A stretch of 58,306 nucleotides of DNA, filler included, from Porpidia crustulata (Eukaryota), in assembly GCA_964255105.1 (NCBI GenBank). It is 7 parts of 7 records of this genome, joined end to end, with 100 filler letters (N's around TTAATTAATTAA, not from the genome) between each part and the next. Parts side by side here need not be neighbours in the genome. Positions count along the whole stretch, not along the records: positions 8,377 to 16,638 come from CAXUWE010001145.1; positions 16,739 to 24,983 come from CAXUWE010001146.1; 5 more parts are not named here. One strand, written 5' to 3'. Within the stretch, counting starts at the first letter, position 1. Each line of letters begins with the position of its first letter. The notes beneath the pieces were generated by a model. That model was not told where the DNA came from, searched no databases, and saw only the letters and a program-made list of their open reading frames with translations. The translations under genes and the position numbers were made by a program. Below are positions 13,110 to 25,083 of this stretch, piece by piece.

Positions 13110-13989
13110 ATGATTATCACAGCAACTCAATACGTACCCTCGGGTGCAAAAGAGCTTCTTCACTATGGATCCACTGCAAACATTTGGCGACATCCAACGC
13201 GTACTGGCGTCGTGATGAAGTCCCAAAGGATAGAGTCACAAGATCAGTCACACACGCACAAGTTTCGTACCGAAGTGGGCATTCTCAAAGCTCTGGGTGA
13301 ACATCCCAGGATCGTGCAGTAAGCACTGCCACTACTTATAATTCTAGTACCTTATTGCTCACCAGTAGACTAGATACCTTGGGCCGCTGGATCCATCAGA
13401 GCCAGCCAAAAACCTTCTTTTTACCGAGGCAGTCAACGGTGACGTGCAGCGGTACTTGGTTGCCCAGGGAGAATCCATAAACCTTCGGTTACGACTTAAG
13501 TGGTGCATAGAGGCTTCGGCAGCCCTCGCCTACTGCCATGCGCGGCGGGTTTTTCATTGCGACCTGCGGCCCGATAATATGGTCCTCAACGCCGACCTGG
13601 ATCTCTCCTTGTGTGACTTTGGTGGTTCGAAAAATGACGACTATGATGGAGACGGCCTTCCTGATTTTGGCTTCTTCGATCCTCGCATTGACTCTATTGA
13701 CGTCACTTCAGATACAGAGGTATTCGGGCTAGGCTCAAGCATGTACACCATTCTGGTCGGGCACCTTCCTCATGGACCTGCGGTCTTCAATTCAATTGAG
13801 GAACAGTTGGATTATGCCAACACCTTTAAGCTTCTCGCACTCGAGGGTAAATTTCCAGATACATCTAAAATCACTGGTGGCGATATAATCAAGGATTGTT
13901 GGGACCAGAAGATAAGATCTGCCGAGGAAGCTCATAGACGTCTGGTGGAGCTTGATCGTCAACTTGAACTACAGAGAGACAAGAATTGA
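13110..13989 (+). CDS. Small fungal-type protein kinase, 2 exons
   Basis: VVMK, E..IL..LGEHPRIVQ|YLG across intron 13319-13373, HCDLRPDN catalytic loop, CDFGGS, EVFGLGS. Confidence 0.88.
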
Positions 13990-15478
13990 GCAGATGCTCT
14001 GACTGCTTGTGAAGGTAAACCTTAAGCAAGATGAATTTGGCTTGAATGAAGAGACAATCTTCTAATAAGTGACGCAAAGTTGGCATAGCTCTTTGTAAGA
14101 ATGCACCATAGACGATCCATGAATTCTCTCTCAAGTACGTGACAGGCATCAAAGGAGAAGCACGAATCTCAAGCAGACCCCCATTGACGTATGTCAAGCA
14201 CCAATACAGATGTCTGTGTCTGATTGCTAATAGCACTTAGCCAATGTCACAACAGAAGGGACCGGAAGCTTTTAATTTCACCCAAGTTTCACTTGCAAGT
14301 TGGTGAACACTTCTGCTTTACTCTAGTGGAGCCCATAATGATAGGGTTACGGGCTTTTTGAGCTTTACACTCGGCTGACCCGGGTTGCTCACAGCCGTTG
14401 TTGGTTGTCTGCGACTTGGTGTGCCCACATAAATAGATCGTAAGGGTTTTCGCTTTACGACACATCCTTTTTCACAGGTCAGCAAGCGGTAGGAATAGCT
14501 CGACAGTATGAGGATGCTCACGTTGAGAATGATAGTCAGCAACGCGGAATTCTTTGATTCGGATTCAATGATGGAACTTCTGTGGGTTTGCAAACGTTGT
14601 GGATGTTAATGTGAGAGAAGAGGTGTGAGTGTTCTGAATTTGTAGGTGAAATCAGGCAATAGGTAGCAACTCCTCATTGGAGTGAAGACAACACAACTCA
14701 GTACACAATCTTGATACTGATGATCCTTATCAGCTAGCCAGTAAGAGACCGTTCTACAATCGTGAACTGTGATGTCCTTGACATTGTGACTCATGCGTTC
14801 AAGAAGGGCGCGGACACAAGTGAATTTGCATTGAATAGCTTGTTCAGACAGCAGCAACGCAGCTCGAGCTTTCTTTCCCATTCGCTCATGCGGCTACTTC
14901 TCTTGCTCTAGAATAGAATTTCTAAAAAACGGGATCCTAGGACGCAGTGACGAGCATTAAGTTCTGTCATTGATCTATAGAGATCTAACATCGTCGGAAT
15001 CCAAGGCAAATTCAAATATATGCTATTCGATCTCAATACAGGGCGGCGCAACGTCTCTGGATCGTTTCTTCATATTCCCACATTCCGGGTTTTTGAGACT
15101 CTTGAAGCTTTGTTCTGTTGCCCGATAGTCCTTGAAGCGAATCTTGGTCGCTCGTTCGAGATTGTTGAACGTGTGTTATTAACTTCAGATCTCAAAACGC
15201 ATAGTCGTCGCTTGAAGTTATTCGATTTTCTCTTGTCTTCAGGACATTAAAAACAAAAAGATAACTCGAGCATTCCAGTTAGAAAAACGTTTGTTAATGC
15301 TAGATAATACAAACTTCGTAGTTAATTGTTACATTTTCTTGTCTCACAACCGGAATCATAAATGTAACTCAGGATATAGAAGACAATGATAAATGAACTC
15401 CATTTTGCATCGCTCTTGGAATGGCGTCATGCTGTAAAGTGCGCGGAGGAAAGGTGTTGACTTCGCTATGGATATACT

Positions 15479-15533
15479 ATCGATGTTTATCTTTGATGAG
15501 ACTTGATGATCGATGTTTATCTTTGATGAGACT
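15479..15533. repeat. Direct repeat, 2 x 25 bp, period 30
   Basis: ATCGATGTTTATCTTTGATGAGACT at 15479-15503 and 15509-15533. Confidence 0.9.
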
Positions 15534-15577
15534 CCTATACTCGTTTCCACCCCTGAACGGGTCAAAGCCCACGGATC

Positions 15578-15590
15578 AGGGTTAGGGTTA
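15578..15590. promoter_or_regulatory. Telomere-like motif AGGGTTAGGGTTA, about 400 nt upstream of the CipA-like gene
   Basis: Seen directly; function inferred. Confidence 0.45.
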
Positions 15591-15993
15591 CTTCCACTAG
15601 TTCGAGCCTAGTTGACCCGTTGAGGGGAGAGAAAGACTGCAGAGCGCAGACATTGCACACAAGGCCAGGACTCACCTTCATCATTAGGATTCACTGTACC
15701 GTTGAGAAGCTATTTCGAGTGAGTCCAGTTCTCAAGTCAGCAATCAGGCATCTATTGCTCGTAGTCTGCAGCGCCTCTTTGTTATTACATATGTTCGGGC
15801 TCCGATATCTCCGGCTAATTCCGTCGATATGGATTCCTGCGACTACAGATATTACTTAACTGAGGACTACGCTATTGATGGTATCTACAAAAGCTATCAA
15901 CTTGAAGGAGAATTCCATAATCTGAAAGATTTACTTTGATTTCTTATTGTGAAAGATACGCTTCGAGTTTGTGACATATATTGACTACCCAAC

Positions 15994-16638
15994 ATGGCCG
16001 GAGAATATGCCAACGACAAACCGCAAGGTTTCAAAAACCAGATCGAGCAAGTTGCCGTTGTCGGCGTAAGCCTACCCTTCTTCTCAACCCTAGATCTTCC
16101 CATTAAACCCCCTCTAGGCTGGCGGTCAAGTCGGCAAATACATCGTCGAGGAACTACTCAAAACCGGAAAACACAAAGTCACAGCAATCACCCGTACCGA
16201 CAGCACCAGCAGCGTCCCCGCCGGCGCTATAATCAAGAAGGTCAACTACGATGACCCCGACTCCCTCGTCGCCGCCCTCCAAGGCCAACAAGTCCTCATC
16301 ATCACCATGGCCGTCACCGCCCCTCCCGAACAACAAACAAGACTAATCGAAGCCGCCGCCGCTGCCAACGTCCCCTGGGTTCTCCCCAACGAATGGGGCC
16401 CGGACGGCACCAACGAGCAGCTGGCCCAAGACACCTTCCTCGGCGACAAAGCGACCAAATACCGCGCCGAAATCGAAAAGCTCGGCAAAAGCTCCTGGAT
16501 CGGCATCTGCTGCAACTTCTGGTACGAGTACAGCCTGTCCTTTGGCGTCGAGACCTTTGGTTTCAATCTGAAGAACCGCACCGTCACTTTCATCGACGAC
16601 GGCACCACCCGCGTCAACACCAGCACCTGGCCCCAATG
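15994..16638 (+). CDS. NmrA-like / CipA-like NAD(P)-binding oxidoreductase, 3' end lost at gap
   Basis: VAVVG|AGGQVGKYI Rossmann motif across intron 16066-16117; VTAITR, LIEAAAAANVPWVLPNEWG, FWYEYSL. Confidence 0.88.
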
Positions 16639-16738
16639 NNNNNNNNNNNNNNNNNNNNNNNNNNNNNNNNNNNNNNNNNNNNTTAATTAATTAANNNNNN
16701 NNNNNNNNNNNNNNNNNNNNNNNNNNNNNNNNNNNNNN
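16639..16738. other. Artificial contig spacer
   Basis: N44-TTAATTAATTAA-N44. Confidence 0.99.
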
Positions 16739-18105
16739 GGATGGAGGGTTGGGATGCGACGGATTGCAAGGGGATTGAATCATACCCTGACGCAAGCCTT
16801 GGCGGCTTCGGGGGTGGAGTAGCGCACAGAGGCGACGCCGTCGGGTTCTTGGTCGAATAGGACGACATTGGTGACGGCACCGACTTTGGCGCATTCGTCG
16901 CGGATGTCTTCTTTGATGTCGAGGATTGCGGCGGGGTCTTCCTGAGAAAGGGCATTAGTAGGGTGCATTCGGAGAACGATGAAAGGGGTTGAAGGGTTGA
17001 GAGGGACAAACTTCGAGTTCTGCAAGGGTGAATAGATGCTTTAGTATTACCACTTTATCCCACCTTGAGCTGGTTTCTTGGAGGGTGGAAGGATCGTCGT
17101 CGTCCCAGTCCGCGAGTTTGCTGAGAAAAGTCCCGTCAGCCAAGTTTGAGTCATGACACAGATCAGCGTGACAAAGCATACTTGTTCAGTTTCTGCGTCT
17201 TTTTTATAATCTTCTTCTTATCCTTGTTATTACTCTTGGCCGGCGCGTCTTTTTGTTGTTTGTAACTGAAATCCGCCGCCGCGACTTTCATCTTCCCTCC
17301 CGGCGCCGGCTTGCCAAATCTAAAGTCGGTATCGTCTAATAGTTGGGTAGCGAGCTCAACGCTTTCGGCACGAAAGTACAAGATCAGAGCGTCGCCTTTG
17401 AAGTTGCCGTCGTCGTTGGTGTAGAGCTTGATGCGCGGTTTTCCTCTGTCAATCTCTTCGGCTATGACACCACAGCGGGAGAAGACATCGTTGACCTCTT
17501 CGACGGTGGCGTTGGTTGGAAGATTGGTTATGTAGACGGCTGTGTTCTTGCGCTCGCGGGGTTCAGGCGTTGGTTTGGCTTTCTTGGACGTTACGGCTCG
17601 ACCACCAGATTCCTAAGCGTGTTCCACCATCATTAGTCCAACGGGGAATCAAATAAGCAGGGAACTCATGTCTCTCATTACCTCTTCTCCGTTGATATAA
17701 ACCTGCTTCCTCTTCTTCAACGGCTGCGCCGGTTCCGACTCATCCACACCTTTGACGGCATAAGCCTCTCTTTGCTTCTCCAACAGAGACTCATCCAACT
17801 GTATGTCCCGCAACCACACATGGTATGCAATTAGAATTCACCATTCGAGTAATGTTTCATGCAATGCAGTGTAATATCATGGCTGTAGGATAACCCTCGG
17901 TTGCAGGAGGATGAGGGCGTACCACAGGAACCCATCTCTTCAAGGCATCATCAAACTCATACTCTTGCCCGTCATCGGCTTCTAGTATGAACTTGCTGTC
18001 GATTTTCGAGAATGAGACTCGCGGGTCCGCGTCAAACTCTTCGGGATTTTGGGGAAAGGTAGAGTGAGCTGTTTCCGTAGAAGTGCTCAACGGAGCGGCG
18101 TTCAT
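16739..18105 (-). CDS. CUS2: Tat-SF1/Cus2/Uap2 splicing factor (RRM plus UHM), multi-exon, 3' end lost at gap
   Basis: FPQNPEEFDADPRVSFSK, NTAVYITNLP, RIKLYT...FKGDALILYFRAESVELA, KLADWDDD, VVILKHLFTLAEL, DIKEDIRDECAKVGAVTNVVLFD. Confidence 0.9.
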
Positions 18106-18228
18106 TGTCACAACTGAGGACGTAGCTGATAGTAGGTTATTGTCGTTATGGGGAGTCTGACAACAGCTGGAAGGTATCAAATACTGACCCAATTGAGTCA
18201 AACTACTCGTATTTACCGGAAGGGACTG

Positions 18229-18242
18229 TAACCCTAACCCTA
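18229..18242. promoter_or_regulatory. Telomere-like motif TAACCCTAACCCTA, about 125 nt upstream of the CUS2 ATG
   Basis: Seen directly; function inferred. Confidence 0.5.
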
Positions 18243-18636
18243 GGTATGGTGGCTCGTTGCTGTGTAGAGGCTTACGCTAAACTGTGACTATCTAATTCAC
18301 TGGAGTCCAGCAGCTCAAAGCGTCCAAATACTATAAGGTCCAATCAATATTCCTGTGAGGAGCATGATCAACACGAAATGTGATCGTGATGGACTGCAAG
18401 CATAAAGAACACATTGCGAAGAGATTAATTCTTAGGAACCATGTACATAATTCGTCTATGCAGATATCTCACCTAGAGCGAGGCCCATGGTTGACCAAAC
18501 TGTGCGTTCCGTCATGTAGGTCGATGTGTGACCGATCCCCTCATTACATGCCCAACGCCTGGTATCTCCATATTCTCGACAAAAGAAAAAGACATAGGAA
18601 ACAGCGACAAGCTCTCGGCCTCGACTCCTAGTACAC

Positions 18637-19977
18637 TCACATTGCCTCTCCGACACCATGTGAGTATCCCTGATTTCCGTATCCCGCTCCCTGCGGCGCT
18701 TGCACATCAGAAAACCTCAAGCGTCTTGGCTGTCCGTTGATCGAGGTTGCTGGACTCCTACTACCCATTCTCTGATGACCCAAATCTCTCGACTGGCGTG
18801 GGCTGTGGCTTTGTCGGCGCTCCCTACCGTCCCACGGGACAGGAGGTGCTTGCATCATTGTCGGGCTATTCGAGTATCGATTATGGCTCTGTTCCCATTT
18901 TGGAATTCCAGCATAAAGGTCCTCACCGCTGTGGCTGCCGCTATTAGTGGTACTAGAATCATAACTATCGGTTAATCCGGGACTGCGACGGTGTGGAGAC
19001 CGACTAGGAACTTGCGGTGGGGTACTGTAGCGCTGAATCGGTTCCCGCGCTTGCAGCGAATTACGGAGCTCATGAGAGGGCTCGTCTGTCTGGAGGACAT
19101 GAACGTGCATATCTTCATATGGCTGGCCAATACCACTCAGCGGTGCGTGAGATGGTGAGGGTGTTGGCTGAGTGATCGGCGTAGAGTGAGCGCTCGTTGA
19201 TTGGATTGGAAGACTGCCTGACGGGGTGGAATCGGTGTTAGATCGAGAGCGAGAACGTGCAGACGAGAACGTCCCTCCTCCGTGGACCCGATTCCGTTCA
19301 GTGTAGGGAGGGACGATATATGGATCTGCGCCTGGAACGGTGCCGTCTGTAAGACCTGCACGAGAATTGGGCGCTCCTCGGCGAGGGTTGGGTGGGACTG
19401 GCACGAAAGGATTCTCATGGCGGTGTGCAGGGTGGTCCTCCATTGCAGGAGCAGCACCCATAGCCGCGCCAGATACTAACGGCTGTTGTTGCTCTGCGAT
19501 GTGATCTCGATTGTGCTGGTGAGGCGGAGAGTATGTACGGCCTGGGTTGGCAGGTTGATCGGAGCGCCAGGTTTTGATCTCTTCGTCGTGGACAGGATCA
19601 ATTATTCGGTTGCGGCGGCGACGTCGACGGCGGATGAGGCAGCAACACAGAAGTGTTAGAAGAATGCCAAGGACTAGAGCAACAATAATTCCGACGACAA
19701 GTCCGATTATCAAGCCCGTATTCTTGCCAGCAGATTTCGCCGCAGCTGCTGTTGGCGAAGAGGTCGCAGAGGCAGAAGTCGAGGAAGCAGCAGTGGGAGT
19801 TGAAGATGAAGACATAGTCGTTTGCTTTGCATTGGCAGAGCTGACTGCAGCTGCCGCAGAATGGGCAGCATCGATGAAATTATTTAAAGGAATTGCACTG
19901 GATGTGGCATCTTGTCCCATAGCACCGATAGCACTGAACAGCGCCACAGCCCCAGGTAGTAGGATGTGAGGTTGCAT
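18637..19977 (-). CDS. Type I single-pass membrane protein (signal peptide, Ser/Thr/Ala-rich ectodomain, TM, disordered tail)
   Basis: 446-aa intronless ORF. TM GLIIGLVVGIIVALVLGILLTLLCCCLI is followed by RRRRRRR. Pro/Ser-rich tail contains ENPF. Confidence 0.8.
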   Translation of the reverse strand: MQPHILLPGAVALFSAIGAMGQDATSSAIPLNNFIDAAHSAAAAVSSANAKQTTMSSSSTPTAASSTSASATSSPTAAAAKSAGKNTGLIIGLVVGIIVALVLGILLTLLCCCLIRRRRRRRNRIIDPVHDEEIKTWRSDQPANPGRTYSPPHQHNRDHIAEQQQPLVSGAAMGAAPAMEDHPAHRHENPFVPVPPNPRRGAPNSRAGLTDGTVPGADPYIVPPYTERNRVHGGGTFSSARSRSRSNTDSTPSGSLPIQSTSAHSTPITQPTPSPSHAPLSGIGQPYEDMHVHVLQTDEPSHELRNSLQAREPIQRYSTPPQVPSRSPHRRSPGLTDSYDSSTTNSGSHSGEDLYAGIPKWEQSHNRYSNSPTMMQAPPVPWDGRERRQSHSPRQSRDLGHQRMGSRSPATSINGQPRRLRFSDVQAPQGAGYGNQGYSHGVGEAM

Positions 19978-21187
19978 TTCGAGTGCTCGCTGTAATTGAT
20001 TTGGGAGGAATGTAGAGGATGCAAAAGGTAGTCAAAGACGAAGGAAAGTGTTATGGCTAACGACAATGAAGAAAGGTTGGACAATACTGCCTAGTGATCT
20101 TTCGGGGTGATAGCCCTCGGGAGGATAGAGTTCTAAGATTGAAACATGGAAAGTGAGCAACGAATTGAAGCCATACACTCTCATGAAGTGACGAAAAATG
20201 GATGGGTGAACGGAAGAGGGCTCGGACGATCTTATGAGGATTCACTTGATGTGTGGGGGAAGAGGAAAAGCAGGCTTGAATTATCCGCACTACATGTGGA
20301 CCATCATCGTCAATCAATCAACGGAGAAATGTCCTGACTAGACTAGCAAGCATGTGCTCGTCAATGAGCAGGATGTCATTGGACTTCTAGAGCGTGAATG
20401 CCCGGCTGTCAAACCAACTTTTGATACCCTAGTCGCGCCTACAGCGAGTGTGGTGCAGATCGGCAGAATGACGCATGTGGACAAGGCATCGGTAAAGTAG
20501 ATGAGTGACATCAGAACCAACGTCTCTCTGAGGCATCTACCATGTCATTACCTCAATGAAGATGTTGAGATGCTCAATATTGTTGTAGATACTTCTTCAT
20601 TTCTTTCGCCAGGTACAGCAGTCTTCCACAATTGATACCAGCCTCATCGCAGTCTCGTATGGCGTAAGCACTAGGCCTGTGATAAATCACGTTACTTTGT
20701 CCTTTATCCGTAGCACAGCCACAAGATCGACACGCCACAATGCAACGGTCCCTCGGATGTGGTGGCTGGTGTGTGATGGAGGATGCGAGGACTTGATCTA
20801 TTGAGATCGAGACGCTCACACGGTGAACAGAACTCAAGCGCTTGACTCGACTGTGGCCGTTCAGTAGTCGGTCTACCTAGCCAGATCTTTTGATTCATCA
20901 TAGAATGAAGCTACATGATCTCGACTACTGTAAGGGAACACAGCAACGCTCCGTATCGGGGTACTGGAGGAGTCTACAACACCTCTTGAGATACTATGTA
21001 GGCTCGATCGTGCATTCAGTTGGTCTTTTCAGCGCGGAATGATATATCTCATTTTTCGAGACGTGGAATGCTTTGGAAATCAGTAGTTGAACATGGTCAT
21101 ACCTGAAAGAACATGAAATGTCTAGTGCATCTTAGTTCTATCGTTTCCACCCCATAACGCTCCCGCCTCAATCAAAACTAGTCATTA

Positions 21188-21201
21188 TAACCCTAACCCT
21201 A
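21188..21201. promoter_or_regulatory. Telomere-like motif TAACCCTAACCCTA, about 375 nt upstream of the AA12-like gene
   Basis: Seen directly; function inferred. Confidence 0.5.
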
Positions 21202-21575
21202 TGTGTGGTGGACCGTTGGGGGTGGGAACGAGTATGATCCGAAATGATACAAAAGTTGTCGTACACCTTCGACCCGAATGACACTAAGCTCTCAGCCCTG
21301 CACCACAATCCGTTTGGTCGACAGTGGCCTTGAATGCAAGCAACGAAACGTTATGCGGCCTTTAGGTGTCGATGGATTGAACAGATGCTGATTGGAGGAG
21401 CCATGGACCTGCGACGCAAGCCGCTTGCCCTCCGGAAGATCGGCATGGATACTTCGTCTCTTCGACATATTTCATCAGTTCAATGTATATTTATTTTCGA
21501 GTAGCCCTTCTGTACATTGCATTTGGTTTTTTAGTCTGTGTTTGGTTCCATATTGCTTGGACAATATTTCTTTCC

Positions 21576-23117
21576 ATGATGGCTCCCATTGTGTTGGCAT
21601 TTCTGCCTCTGCTAAGCTTCTTAATGGTCCCAGCATATGGCGCGTCATCGTCATCTAGTTGCTCGGGTGCACTGACACCTACTAATTCCATCAAGCCCTC
21701 TGTGGCTTCCGGATACCAAATGGCGCTGGTAGCCACTGGTCTTACGAAGCCTCGTTCCCTGCAATTCGATAGCGCTGGGAATTTATTAGTTGTTGAGGCC
21801 GGGTCAGGAATTGTCAACCTTGCATTTCAAGATAACGGTGGAAGTTGCGTGAGCGTGAAAACTAGCAAGACAGTAGTGAAAAGCCAAGGCGTGAGGATAA
21901 TTTGCCTGCTGCCCGACAATGCTAACGATGCTCTGCTCTAGCTCAATCATGGGATCGCGCTTTCAAAAGATGGAAAGACTCTCTATGCTTCTACACCAGA
22001 CGCTGCCTATGCCTGGACTTATGATTCAGCAAGCTCGACAGTGGGGGACTCGAATCAGACCCTTGTGACTGGCATGAATACCGAGGATCATACTACCCGT
22101 ACACTCCTGCTATCGCAAAAAGCCAACGGCATGTTGTTGGTACATCGAGGGAGCACATCTAATGTCGACCTGGCTGCAGAAATTTTATCATCCGGCCACA
22201 GTCAAATTAGGGCTTTCAATCTCACCAACATTACTGAAAAAGGCTATGCGTACGATACGGATGGGCTAAGACTAGGCTGGGGTTTAAGGAATTCTGTGGG
22301 CGTAGCAGAACATCCTGCCACTGGTGGAATCTTTTCAGTAGAGAACTCAGTCGACGAGCTCGTGCGTCAGGGTAAAGATATACATCAGGACAATCCCGGC
22401 GAGGAAATGAACTTTCACGGCTATTTGAACGGAACTGAATATGCTCCTCAAGGCAGTAATTATGGATATCCATACTGTTTTGCGGCGTGGGTTCCTGCCG
22501 ATCTGCCACAGAATTCCAATATAACCGTCGGATCCAATTTTGCAATGGGAGACCAGAACTCCACCATCAATGATACATACTGCGCGGAGCAAACACCACC
22601 AAGGTTGACTTTCCAGGCCCACATGGCCCCATTAGATCTCAAGTTCAATAATAGTGCTACGGAAGCCTGGATAACTTTTCACGGTAGCTGGTAAATCTGA
22701 AGTTTCGGTCCTTTGCTCTTACAAGAGTGTCTAACTCGATTTAGGGATCGTACAAACCCGGTCGGGTATAAGCTGTCCGTTATCCCCTTCAAAGACGGCG
22801 AGCCGGTTGCAGCTTCGAGTAATAACAGCGCTGCAATGGACATCTTCTCTAATGTCGACAACTCGAAATGTCCCGACAACTGCTTTAGGCCAGTTGGGAT
22901 AGCTTTCGACGGTCAAGGTCGCCTATTCGTCAGCTCTGATGCTACTGGAGAGATATACATGGTCCGAAAGGATGACGCTTCGTCTAGTACAAGCGGAACG
23001 AGTACTAGTACCTCCCCTTCTGCGACAAGTTCTTCTCCGTCTGGTGCAGGAAAGCCAGCACGACATGGCTTCATCACATGGGTTGTTGCTATCGGAGTTT
23101 TCTCATTTGTTTTCTGA
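21576..23117 (+). CDS. Secreted, probably GPI-anchored soluble quinoprotein glucose/sorbosone dehydrogenase (AA12-like beta-propeller)
   Basis: Signal peptide, GLTKPRSLQFD, LNHGIALS, HTTRTLLLS, GWGLRNSVG, DNPGEEMN, FQAHMAPLD, FHGSW|DR, CFRPVG. Ser/Thr linker and hydrophobic C-terminus. Introns at about 21891-21941 and 22692-22744. Confidence 0.88.
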
Positions 23118-23764
23118 ATTGTGCGCCATGTACTTGCGAAAAGCCATCCTCTATATGTGGGCTATGATCATATGGTTTACGAACAAATATTCGGCTGAAT
23201 AATGTCTTTGAGAGGCCAAACTTGTTGCCAAAAGAATAACTACATCTCACTCAAAGGTTCCAATTCTCTTTGGTGCGAAGTGTTGATATCATTGAAGACA
23301 AAGTTTTGTTTCGCTCATTTACCATTATTAAAAATTTCATGCACGCTTTCTATAGTACCAAGCCCTCTTCACAATTGTGAACGTGGCTCAACTCGAGCGT
23401 GGAATCAATTCAAGCAGTGTTCCCCTGTCTAATGCGCATCAAGTAATCTGAGCCCCAATTTGATCCTGTTATCAATACCAATCTTATAAGCATCAAACCA
23501 CGCATTACTCGTTTTACTGCTGGACCCTAACCGGGCCCTATTATTTCCACTTGTGGTACTCGATCATACTTCCTAGTATGTGAATTCAGACGATTCATTC
23601 ACCCAATGCTAAACCTCGATATCCAACAACCTCGTTTCAGTCTATCGGGCAAATCTGTGCTTGCAGGCCAACTGCCACATGTCTAAAATTGAACCACGTT
23701 GCTTTTTTGCCCGGTCTTTGATTTAACGTTGAACTTCGTCAGATTCTGCTTCTTGCTGTACATC

Positions 23765-24983
23765 ATGGCCTTTAACGCTCTGCCCATCGAGGTAAGTTGG
23801 CTTTGAGAAGTTGGTTGATCCCAGATGATGCTTGGCCGCTGACGGGCTGTGCACCGTCCAGATCAATGAACACATCGCATCTTACTTGACCAACGACAAA
23901 GACCTTTGTCGTTTTACTGCCGTCTGCACACAAACCTATGTCGCCGTCCATAACGAGCGTGCTGGCCTCTGGCGTGAACGTTTCACGGCTTGCTATGACT
24001 TGCCTCCGGGAAAGTCTGGAAGTGAGCTAAAACAAATTTATCAGATGCGTCGGAAGGCACTCTACAACGAGATTGAATGGGTAGTAGGGCAGAGAAAAGA
24101 AGAGGCTTTGGCGTTGGTTGCCTTGAGAGATATCGTGGTCGGTATGTCAGCGAACTTCGAGCACTTTTACCATTCTCTACATCTTTCTCCGGGTGATGTC
24201 GTTGGCGGCTTCACTTCCGATACTTTCGTTTCTGCGACCGCCATGATCAGCACGCTTTTCCGAGCATGCTACACGAATTTGGGCTAAAATCTCAATAGAC
24301 TCTTATGCCGGCATCGATGACCTTACCATGTGGGACCCCGTCTCAAACAACGTGGTCCAACTCCGTCGTTATGTCAGAAGATCAGGCCTATTGAAAACCG
24401 TCCTAAAAACAAGCTGCAAAGCAGGCGCCGTCAACCCTCTTCTCCAGACGCTTCAACTCATCTTCTTCCACTGGTCTCTCGAATTCAACATCCGCTTCCC
24501 CACCTACGCCTTCCCCTGCTCCCAACAAGCCGTGTACGGCCACCCGACCACATTCCCCATGTTCATCGACAGAAACCTGTTGTGCGTCAACATCTCTCTA
24601 CTCCTCCACATCGCCAACTTTTTCAAGTACCACATGACCCGCGAGGAAGAAGCGACGCTGTTCAACCTCTACCACGACCTCGCCGACGACGAAAAGCCCC
24701 GCGTCTGGCAGGAGCAGCTGACCCAAGGCGTCAGGAAACTGGGCAAGCACTGGAAGGGCAGCTACTGTAAGGCCTCCTACCTCGTAGGCTCGCCGGCCAA
24801 CACCTCCACCCAGCTCACACATGATTTTGATGCAGCCTACTTGCACGATCTGAGCCATGTGCCTACCATCCGCACGCTCGATCCAGGCGACGGCATCTTC
24901 ACCGATAGCATCGACTATGAAGACGGATTCCAGACCCTCAATATCGACTTCACCCCCGCCAACTGCCCCCCCTGGCCCGAAGC
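23765..24983 (+). CDS. F-box domain protein, multi-exon, 3' end lost at gap
   Basis: MAFNALPIE|INEHIASYL...DLCRF..VC (F-box-like), followed by WRERF...YDLP and later LGKHWKGSY. Confidence 0.75.
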
Positions 24984-25083
24984 NNNNNNNNNNNNNNNNN
25001 NNNNNNNNNNNNNNNNNNNNNNNNNNNTTAATTAATTAANNNNNNNNNNNNNNNNNNNNNNNNNNNNNNNNNNNNNNNNNNNN
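24984..25083. other. Artificial contig spacer
   Basis: N44-TTAATTAATTAA-N44. Confidence 0.99.
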
